A stretch of DNA of 64,000 nucleotides, taken from Eledone cirrhosa. Lineage: Eukaryota. Every line of letters starts with the position of its first letter. Positions within the stretch are counted from its first letter, which is position 1. The position numbers and the translations under genes were made by a program. Below, piece after piece: positions 53,737 through 64,000 of the stretch. The DNA is taken from NCBI GenBank assembly GCA_964016885.1, contig OZ024748.1, positions 20,398,001 to 20,462,000 of the forward strand, read 5' to 3'. The notes beneath the pieces were generated by a model, which searched no databases, was not told the origin of the DNA, and saw only the letters and a program-made list of their open reading frames with translations.

Positions 53737-56700
53737 ATAATTGTTTCTACTTTAGGCACAAGGCCAGCAATTACCCAGTACATTACTGGTACTTTATTTT
53801 ATCGACCCCGTAAGGATGAAAGGCAAAATCAACCTCGGCGGGATTTGAGCTCAGATCATAAAGGGACGTAACTATGGCGTCCGACTCTCTACCGATACTG
53901 CCAATCCACATAATACCAGTTAAAAGCTAGGGTCAATTTAATCAACTACATCCTCACCCCAAAGTTTCTGGTCTTGTGTCAATGTATGAAACTATTATTA
54001 TTATTATCATTATGTCAGTGGATTGGCAGTATCGGTGGAGCATTGGACAACATGCTTAGTGGCATAGAGTTACGGCCCTTTGCATTCTGAGTTCAAATCA
54101 CGCCAAGGTTAAATTTGCCTTTCATCCTTATGGGGTTGATGAAATAAAACACCTTGGGTATGAGCAGTGTAGCTTTTGCTGATGTTTATATTGTATTGAT
54201 AGTACTTTTTGTAATGTGTTCAGTGTCTAGTAGTGCTATCTTTTGTATGCTGTATATATTCATAAATCCTGGGATTTTGGTTGCCATCATCATCATCAGC
54301 ACCATCATTATTATCATTATAATTATGATAGTGGATTGAGAATCATTTGAGTCACACACATTGCTTTGCTCTGAAGATTTTGTTTCAAAAGTTTTAAGGT
54401 CCCAGTAAATTATTTCCCCAATTGAGTTGCGGTTTCTTCAAAGCAGGCCTTTGATAAAAAGACATCTCAGCCATGAGTATGCCACCCTCTCAGTCTAGAG
54501 ACAGTAACGTTTGATTCCAAGGAGATTTCACGTCTATTATTACTAACAAGTAGAGGACAATGGATTAACAGTATCAGTAGAGCGCTTGACATGCTTTTAC
54601 ATTCAGAGTTCAAATCCTACTGAGGTTAGCTTTGCCTTTCATCCTTATGAGGGGGTCGATAAAATAAAGTACCAGTAACACACTGGGATAAATTTAATTG
54701 ACTTTCCCTTCGCCTGAAATTATTGGCCTTGTGTCTAAATCAGAAACTATTATTACTAACAAATGTGGTGGGTTGGCAGTATGGGCAAAGGGTTGGACAC
54801 CATCCTTACTAGCATAGAGTTATGGCCCTTTACGGTCTGATTTCAAATCCTGCCGAGGTTAACTTTGCCTTTCATCCTTACGGGGTCGATAAAATAAAGT
54901 ACCAGTAATGCACTGGGGTATTTGCTAGCCTTGTGTCAAAAGTAGAAACAATTATTACTAACAAGCCAAGGGCAGTGGATTAGTTTGTTGGATGAAAAAC
55001 ATTGCCATATTTCATTACAGCCCTTAACATTCTGGTTTTAAAATCTTACTGAGGTTAACTTTGCCGTTCATACTTCCAGGGTCGATAAAATAGAATACCA
55101 GTCAAATATTGAGGTTGATTCTATTAATTGTCCCCGTTTTCCTAGAAACTGATGGCCTTATACTTAAATAAGAAATTATTATTGCTAGCTAGTCAAGCAA
55201 TCTCACAGAACTGCTCTCATTGGTTCAGCATGTTTTGGTTCTTAGTTGAAGTCTATTCTATTCACTTCACTAAATTTATTTATATACCTACTTGAAAGAA
55301 AATGAATGTCACACCTTTTTCATTCAACAGGTAAAATATTTTACACTGAATGGTTTTTATTATTTACTCTTAGGTGCTTAAATAACAACAATAATAATAG
55401 TGGTTTCTAATTCAGGTAAAAGGCCAGCAAATGTTTGGGCGTCGTATGTTAAGTTGATTAAATTGACCCAGGTCATGACCGGTACTCTATTTTATCAACC
55501 CTGAATGAGTGAAAGGCACAGTTGATTTCAGTGGGATTTGAACTCAAAGCAAAAAGAACAGGAATGAATACTTCAAAGCATTTTATCTGAGGCTATAAGA
55601 AATCAGCCAATTCTCTGACCTAACAAGAACAGCAACAATAATAAATATTCCTAGGCACAAGGCTAGTTTGTGGGGAGCAGAAAGTTGATTAAATCAACCT
55701 CAGTACATTACTGGTACTTTATCAACCCCGGAAAGATGAAAGGCAAAGCTAACCATGGTGATATTTGAACTCAGAATGTAAAAGGACGTAACTATATGAT
55801 TCTAAGTATGTTGACTGATGCTCTACCAATTCTGCCAATCCCCCACACCAACAGCAACAATAATAATTGTTTCTACTTTTGGCACAAGGCCAGCAATTAC
55901 CCCAGTGTATTACTGGTAATTTATTTTATCGACCCCGTAAGGATGAACAGCAACAATAATAATAATGATAATTCAAATATGATTTAGGCATAAGGCCAAC
56001 AAGTCAACCATACTGACCCCCCAAGACTTTACTGGTATGTTATTTTATTGATCCCCGAAGGATAATAGGCAGAGTTGAACTTGGTGTTATTTGAACTCAG
56101 ATTGTAAAGAGCTAGAATAAATAGCATGAAGCATTTTGTCTGACAGTGGAGTATGCTAGGTTAATATTTCTTCCTAACCTTCACACATCCTCTACAGTTA
56201 ATGCTCATATATGAAAGTCTGTATGTTGTACATATTTGTAAGTCCTGCAGTTTTGGTCATGTATTGGTCAATTTCTATTTTCTTTATCATTCCCAGAACA
56301 CCTATTATTATACACATTGTTTCTGTTTCCATTGTTCACATTTAGGTTACTTCTACTTCTAGATCTTTATATTTAGATAATTTCTACATTTCTTTGAGAG
56401 ATATATTATTTGTTTCTACTTTAGGCACAAGGCCAGCAAATACCCAGTTCATTACTGGTACTTTATTTTATTGACCCCGTAAGGATGAAAGGCAAAGTCA
56501 ACCTCGGCGGGATTTGAACTCAGATCGTAAAGGGACGTAACTATGCTGGAAAGCATGGCGTCCGACCCTCTACCGATACTGCCAATCCACCGCTTTTGAG
56601 AGATATATTATTGTCAGTCAATTAGACTTCATCTATCTGTGTATGTGGATATTATTGATATATCCTATCATTATCCTCACGTATGTTGATGCCCTAAGGA

Positions 56701-57431
56701 CAGACACTGGTCTGTTGGAGATGCAGGACATGGCAGCGATGATGAGGGACAGAGACCGCTGGAGAGAACTCATCCATGGATCTCGGGAATTTTACCCGCC
56801 TTAGAATAGAATAGAATATCCTCACATTCTTATATTTTGACAGTAATTCTAGTGGAAATTATGTATTCTTTTATTTCTCGTTTTCTACTTGTGATACTAA
56901 AAGTAAATTCGTCAAAACACCTTGATAGATGTGATAGAAGCTACAGAATGTTGTGTTATATATCAATTAGTACATCAAACATACCTGTACTCAGAGAGGT
57001 TCCAGTTGTGACCACCCTGCCTTATTTTTACATGTACTATAACAGGAACTATATTATCCAAAGTGCCCTTTCCCTTCTTTTCAGACATATTGTATCTAGA
57101 ATATATTATCCAATAATTCTTTCCTCTTGTTCTTTTCTTTAAAGATAATAGGATGTGATTTGAAGAAGATTTAGCTGCTATATCTAGAAGGTAATACAAC
57201 CATGTAGAGGCCCTCTTGTTACTTCACATGTCTTGCATGGGGATATAGTGTATTTATAATTGTTTCTACTGGCATGAGGCCAGCAATTACCCCAGTGCAT
57301 TACTGGTACTTTATTTTATCGACCCCCGTAAGAATGAAAGGCAAAGTTAACAACCCACATTATAAAATAAAGTACCAGTAATTCACTGTGATAATTGCTG
57401 GTCTTGCTTGTATCAAAAGTAGAAACAATTA
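53737..57431. mobile_element. Dense cluster of about 11 SINE family A copies of varying age
   Basis: Both orientations; youngest at 56411-56593 (-) with 18-bp TSD tttgagagatatattatt. Confidence 0.85.
56681..56816 (+). mobile_element. Very short LINE (RTE-like) 3' end with (TAGAA)n tail
   Basis: YVDALRTDTGL...MRDRDRWRE frame; TSD tatcctcac at 56672-56680 and 56817-56825. Confidence 0.7.
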
Positions 57432-58665
57432 TAAATGCACCAAATCCTGCTGAGGTTAAGTATTCTAAAAAATAAGTTTGCTCAAACAGAAGGCAGATAC
57501 ATACAACAAAATCAATAATCATCAGCTCACATTGAATCAAGTGAGGCTTTACATGGTTTCTCAGTATGTTAGAAATAGCAGTCAAATCTTCATCAGACTG
57601 TACCCTGTCATTTAAAAGATAATATTGAGCAGGGAGCTTACTGGATAATTTAGTGCTGGCTTTAAAAAAAGATGATTGGAGGGACCTTGTGTAAGTTTGT
57701 TCAACAACAATGGAGCTAAGGCAATTATTTTACTTGCTAGAAATAGCAACCAATTTCTTTAAATCACATTCTACTGTCTTAAAAGAAAGATAAGTCCGAG
57801 ATACAAAAAAACTAGATGGTCATGGATGGAATGACTTCTATCATAAATCTATTCAACCAGCGCTGATCTGGATCTAAACAGGAAGCAAAATCTAAGTGAG
57901 TCAATGAAGGAGATTGTATGTAGTTGCTGACCTTGCTAGATATAACAACCAAATTCCCTCAAATCACAACTTTACTGTCTAGAAGGAAAGTACACAGCAG
58001 ACCATGCCATTCAACACAAAGCTGGGAAGATCAAATCTGGAATACCTTTGGTTATGGGCCACTCAATAAAGACAGAGATGCAGCTAAACAACTACAACAA
58101 CACATGTTAACAATGGAGCCTCTACATTGTCCTTCAGTTTGTTAAAAATAGCAGCCAAATTTCCTTAAAACGTTAGTCTATCATCTAAAACAAAAATCAC
58201 ATTGTCACTACACATCACACCTTACTGTCAAAGGAATTCCAGCTATGACAATTCAGAGTAGATTCACTACATTCTCCAGTAATGATGGTGCCCCAGTATG
58301 GCCACAGCCCAAGGGCTGGGGCAGGTAAAAAGAGTAATCAGGGCAAACTTGAGGCTAAACAACAACAACTGTTTAACTTCAAAGATGAACAAAGATAAAC
58401 TTTGTTATAAACTTGATAACTGACAATGAAGTTATGTTGAATACATATACATATTTTATTGTAGTTGTGAGGCTATATGAGTGACTCAAGGGCCAGGAGT
58501 TTTATGTATAAGGACACTAATCAAACTGTTTGATAAGTGTCCTTATACATGAAAACATTGAACCACAAGTTACTGGTATAGCTTCACAAGTTATAATAAA
58601 AAATATATAACTTTACTCAAACTTTACTTATATATTAAGTGTTGCCTCTCCTGATTGCTCAGCAA

Positions 58666-58696
<31 letters not shown>

Positions 58697-58816
58697 GAAT
58701 GTATGTATAGTATATTTGGCAATATACTATATGTTTAATTAAAAACATACAGTATATTGCCAAATACACTATACATACATTTATGTATACATCGCTAATT
58801 CAGAGCACCAATCCTA

Positions 58817-58848
<32 letters not shown>

Positions 58849-59195
58849 GAATGTATGTATGTATATATGTATATATATTTATATATATACATACACAAAC
58901 ATGACTCGGAAAACAAACGAACAGAATCATCTGCTTTTTCCCACCAATTTCATGTATAAAGGGGAATATCATTTGTATCTTTAACTTCAAGATTTTCTGA
59001 TGATCATCGTAGTACACAGGTGAAACACCTGGGTAATAGAGTAACAAGACTCATCACATAGACGTAACAAAGCCTTTATATATATGGGATCTTCTAAAAA
59101 CAGAAGATCCCGTAATATGGTGAAAGCACCAATTCTTTGCTTAAACTTTAATCTGTATTAATAATAAATATTTGCTCTACAAGTTTATATATACT

Positions 59196-59258
<63 letters not shown>

Positions 59259-59380
59259 GTAAACAGAAATAACAACACAATCGGTACAGTATATGGAAGA
59301 GATATATTAGGTTAACGCTTGATATAGCAGGAAGAGGGTCTTGATGTTTTGGACGCTAGTCACTCATATATATATATATA

Positions 59381-59590
59381 TAACGAAGGAAATGTGGTAA
59401 GGAACCAGGTGGACCATAACGCACCAAAGTACTCAATACTTGAGGTAGTAGAGTGGGTAATAGGGACCAGTAAGACCCCGACAGCTGAGCTCAAGCCGTT
59501 TCGACGGCTAATTCTGGACTCTAATATAGAGTCCAGAATTAGCCGTCGGAACGGCTTGAGCTCAGCTGTCGGGGTCTTACTGGTCCCTAT
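59381..59590 (-). mobile_element. Family B fold-back Penelope-like terminus
   Basis: Near-perfect palindrome 59460-59590 plus terminus at (TA)n. Confidence 0.65.
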
Positions 59591-59655
59591 ATATATATAT
59601 ATATATATATACAATACTTATCGAGCCCTCTTCAGATTTTGGTCTTCCTAATTAT

Positions 59656-59689
<34 letters not shown>

Positions 59690-59701
<12 letters not shown>

Positions 59702-59834
59702 AAATATATATGTATAAATATATATGTATATATGTATAAATATATATGTATAAATATATATGTATAAATATATATGTATAAATATATATGTATATATATA
59801 TATGTATATATATATATATGTATAAATATATATG

Positions 59835-59867
<33 letters not shown>

Positions 59868-59906
59868 GTATATATATATATATGAATGTATATATATATA
59901 TATATG

Positions 59907-59959
<53 letters not shown>

Positions 59960-60089
59960 CCAAAAGTTTAACAAGGTTGATTGATTAATCAATGAATAAA
60001 GTTTTACATAAAATATATTTGATCGATCAAATATATTTTATGTAAAACTTTATTCATTGATTAATCAATCAACCTTGTTAAACTTTTGG

Positions 60090-60136
<47 letters not shown>

Positions 60137-60173
60137 CATATATATATATATATACATTCATATATATATATAC

Positions 60174-60206
<33 letters not shown>

Positions 60207-60350
60207 CATATATATTTATACATATATATATACATATATATATATACATATATATTTATACATATATATTTATACATATATATTTATACATATATATTTA
60301 TACATATATACATATATATTTATACATATATATTTATACATATATATATT
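59690..60350. repeat. Spacer-less palindrome of about 650 bp
   Basis: Centre gatc|gatc at 60024/60025; the unique arms and the flanking compound microsatellite are mirrored. Confidence 0.85.
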
Positions 60351-60495
60351 TATTTCTGAAGACGGCATATATATGTGTTGGTATGTATATTTAATTTTGA
60401 TAGTTTGTATAATTTTGTATAATTTTGTACATAGATCTGTTGAATATGCATGCCAATTCTAACACATATATATCCTAGAAACGATCGTTAAATAA
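60350..60495 (+). ncRNA. Hammerhead ribozyme motif with extended stem II
   Basis: UUAUUU CUGAAGA [about 115 nt; auauauauguguugg pairs with cuaacacauauauau] GAAAC GAUC GUU AAAUAA. Confidence 0.68.
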
Positions 60496-60913
60496 TGAAC
60501 TTTTTTGTGTTTAATATAAGGAACTGTTTCATTGTTTTATTCATTATTTTTTTAATATTTTATATATATATATATATATTTATATATATACATATATATA
60601 TAGTGTAATAATAATAAATTTTGAAGACTAAAATCAAAAGAGGGCTCGATAAGGATAAATATATATAAAATATATATAAGAACCATAAAACAAATATTTA
60701 TTAACAATATATATAGAAACAAAACAAATAAAAAAGAATCTTACTTTAAATATCTGTAAGAATTAAATGATATCCAAAGATTAGTCGAAAATGTTTCTTC
60801 AGAACTTTAAATTCTTGTCAGAGAAGCAGAGAGAATATTTCTACAAGTTGACAGTGTGACACTCAAGAGTCATATATGATTAGTGGAGAAATTCAGCACT
60901 GAGTGTGTAAAAG

Positions 60914-60983
<70 letters not shown>

Positions 60984-61090
60984 TGATATATGTATTGTGT
61001 CTTCTTATGTATTGGGTGTATATGAATGAGATATATGTTGAATAGTTTTGAATGTAATCAATTGTATATGTGAATGAATGTATGTATGTC

Positions 61091-61125
<35 letters not shown>

Positions 61126-62014
61126 ATGACGTCTCTTATATATGTATGAATTAGTGGGTGTGTATATGTGTGTATATGTGAATTAATCTGTATGTGTAAT
61201 GTGCATGGTGTATATGTATTTGTTGAAAACCTGAAGAAGTTATAATCCAAGCTGCTACTGTGTTGAATGTATCAGAAGCAGTGGTGTAGAGGTGTGTAGT
61301 GGTGTAGCGTAGCTAGTCTGTGTCCTCTGTATGAAATATATGATTGGCTTTCTTACCTGTTTACACCTGAGCAATTTTTTGCTGGAACTACAACACCCAC
61401 CTACTGTTAACGAGCTGGGTATAATGTGTTAGGCTGGCATTGTTATACTATGCTGAAGAATTGACTATGTACAATAGTGGTGTACTTTTGACCCAATAAC
61501 AAATACAAAAATCAATTGATTAGAGAGAGAGAGATAGATAGAGAGAGAGAGAAAGAGAAAGATTGATAAAGAGAGAGAGAGGAAGGGAGAAAGGAAGAGA
61601 GAGAGAGAGAGATGTGCATGTTTACATGTGTGTGTATGTGTTTGGTGTGATTGTGTGTGTATGTATGTAATATGAATAGTATCATATGTATTACAAACAC
61701 ATACATAGGTGTAAAAATATAGAGAGATAAACCATCACATACATATCTACATATATACACACATACATACATACACACGCATTCATACATACATGCATGC
61801 ACACATTCACACATATATACATACATACACATTCATACATACATACATGAACACATATATTCATATACATGCACACACATTTATGTATGTAGGTATTTAG
61901 ATAGATAATTATGTGTCTCTTAAACTAAATATAGCTTTATCTCTTTTTAGTTTGCTATATTTTCATGACTGGGTATAATGTGAAGTAAGCATATTGTGTG
62001 TGTATATATGTGTA

Positions 62015-62072
<58 letters not shown>

Positions 62073-62077
<5 letters not shown>

Positions 62078-62293
62078 AGATCCAGGGCCCCGACGGCTGA
62101 GCTCCAGCCATTTTGACAGCTAGATTCGACCTAAGCCACCAGACTGGTGGCTTAGATTGGAACTGGCTGTTGAAATGGCCAGAGCTCAGCCGTCGAGGTT
62201 CTGAAGTTTTTCACATTACCCACTCTACTACCCCAAGTATCGAGCACTCTGGTGGGTTATGGTCCACCTGGTATTTTACCACACTCTCTCTAA
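62073..62293 (+). mobile_element. Diverged family B fold-back element
   Basis: Imperfect arms around aagccaccag-a-ctggtggctt; same terminus. Confidence 0.6.
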
Positions 62294-62623
62294 TATATAT
62301 ATATATGTATATATTCATTTTATTAAAGGTAAATAGTAAGTTTTATTACTCAGGATTTTCGCCAGTTTAACACAGAATAATCAGACAACAACCCTGTGAT
62401 AAACCAGTAAAACTCAGAGTAACAAGACTCAATGCTTAGCTTTAATAAAATGAATATATATATATATACACATTGTGTCTGATGACCCTATGATAGAGAG
62501 GCAAAACTCCAGAGTAACAAGACTCACTATTTAGCCTTAATAAAATGAATATTATAACTCTACTTCAGTATTGAGTACTCTTTTCTCTCAGCTGTCAACC
62601 ACATACACAGACAAGATTTTACA

Positions 62624-62663
<40 letters not shown>

Positions 62664-62704
62664 ACAATAAAAAACAGAAAACAGGCGTAGGTAGATATAT
62701 ATAT

Positions 62705-62890
62705 ATCATCATCATTATCGTTTAACGTCCATCTTCCATGCTAGCATGGGTCTGGACAGGAATTGCCCCAATTGAGGCAAGATTGGTTGTCTTGCTCAGG
62801 ACTGTCTGGCGGGTTTTCTATGGCTGGATGCCCTTCCTAACACCAACCACGTTTACAGTGTGGACTGGGAGGTTTTTACCGTGTTACCTA
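62705..62890 (-). mobile_element. RTE 3' UTR fragment
   Basis: Matches 14830-15020. Confidence 0.8.
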
Positions 62891-63330
62891 CCAGGATTTT
62901 GTTGGTATTTCTGTTTACTTTTTACATACATAAACGTATATATATATATGTGTGTGTGTGTGTATGTATATATAAATATATATATATATACATATATATA
63001 TATACACACACACACACCTAAACACATACATACATATACATTTGTACATAACTACAATAGCCATTAAGGTAAAACTGTGTCCATCAGTCAGTATAAATGA
63101 GGTAGGGGAGGGATAGAAATGTAAAAAAATAAGTATTCAGGGTATGTCATTTACCTACTTGAAATCAATAATTTAAACCCTGACACTTTAAAACAATCCT
63201 AACCCTGCTGACCTCCCAACCACCATGCCCTCTGATTATACACTACAATATACAAACCAATTATATTAATACCATTTGTTTATGGACAGTAGTAGTTTTT
63301 AAGTTTATGGTTCTGATTTTTTATATTTAC

Positions 63331-63664
63331 ATCATTTCATTTTTACGTCCACTTTTCCCTGCTTGCAAGGGTGGGACGGGAACCGATTCTGGCTTGATTT
63401 CCACAGCTGGATGCCCTTCCTAACACCAACCTCATTTACAGTGAGTGCTAGGTGCTTTTTTGCCGTGGCACCTCCATGACCACTTTGCAGTGGAATGATA
63501 GGGACCCCAGTCCCTATCATCTCATTTCTACAGCTGAGTAAACTGGAGCAACGTGAAATAAAGTGTCTTGCTCAAAGAAACAACACATCACCCAGTCTGA
63601 GAATTGAACTCACAACCTTTTGATTGCAAGACCAATGCTCTAACCACTAAGCCATGTGCCTCCA
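63331..63664 (-). mobile_element. SINE family B
   Basis: Full consensus in reverse. Confidence 0.88.
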
Positions 63665-63863
63665 TATATATGTATATATACTTATGCTCATCATCATTGT
63701 TTAATGTCCATCTTCCACACTAGCATGAGTTGGACAGTTTAGTCCCACTTGAGGTGAGATTGGTCGGGAGACTATGTCTCGCAGAAGAGACTATCGCTGG
63801 CATGTTTTCTACGACTGTATGTCCTTCCTAGCACCAACCACATTTAGAGTGTGCTATATATAT

Positions 63864-63994
63864 ATATTTAATATAGAAATGGCTTCTACAGGACTAGTAC
63901 AGTTTCATTCGGGAGAAATCATCAGGGCTTTCCTGATGATTTCTGCCGAATGAAACAGTTCTAGTCCTGTAGAAGCCATTTCTATATTAAATAT
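63864..63994. mobile_element. Fold-back element centred on back-to-back hammerhead-like cores
   Basis: tcatcag (63919-63925) / ctgatga (63933-63939) ... gaaac; about 60-bp arms; TA flanks. Confidence 0.6.
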
Positions 63995-64000
63995 TTATAC

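Noticed and set aside
61357-61452. Minus-strand CAG|gtaag donor with upstream acceptor
   Set aside because: Stops in all frames from the acceptor; at most a non-coding exon, unsupported

Overview
AT-rich, microsatellite-dense animal DNA. The SINE/RTE/Penelope repertoire suggests an octopod cephalopod, but this is inference and was not database-checked. The only convincing host coding sequence is an 85-nt minus-strand exon (526-610) encoding an IQ motif, probably from an unconventional myosin, so the rest of the window is probably one very large intron. That region holds two tRNA-derived SINE families, RTE LINE fragments, Tx1/L1-like 3' ends stacked in a (GATA)n array, CRE-like and Helitron relics, several MITEs and several minisatellites. 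The most striking signal is a set of non-coding Penelope-like termini inserted in (TA)n tracts. Many are fold-back (inverted-repeat) units carrying minimal type I hammerhead ribozyme motifs (CUGANGA...GAAA..UH). Their stems covary, and their loop-3 tetraloops are different palindromes (AUAU, GCGC, AAUU, GAUC), often present on both strands. A coding GIY-YIG Penelope fragment lies beside them. Most long ORFs in the supplied track are artefacts of simple repeats.
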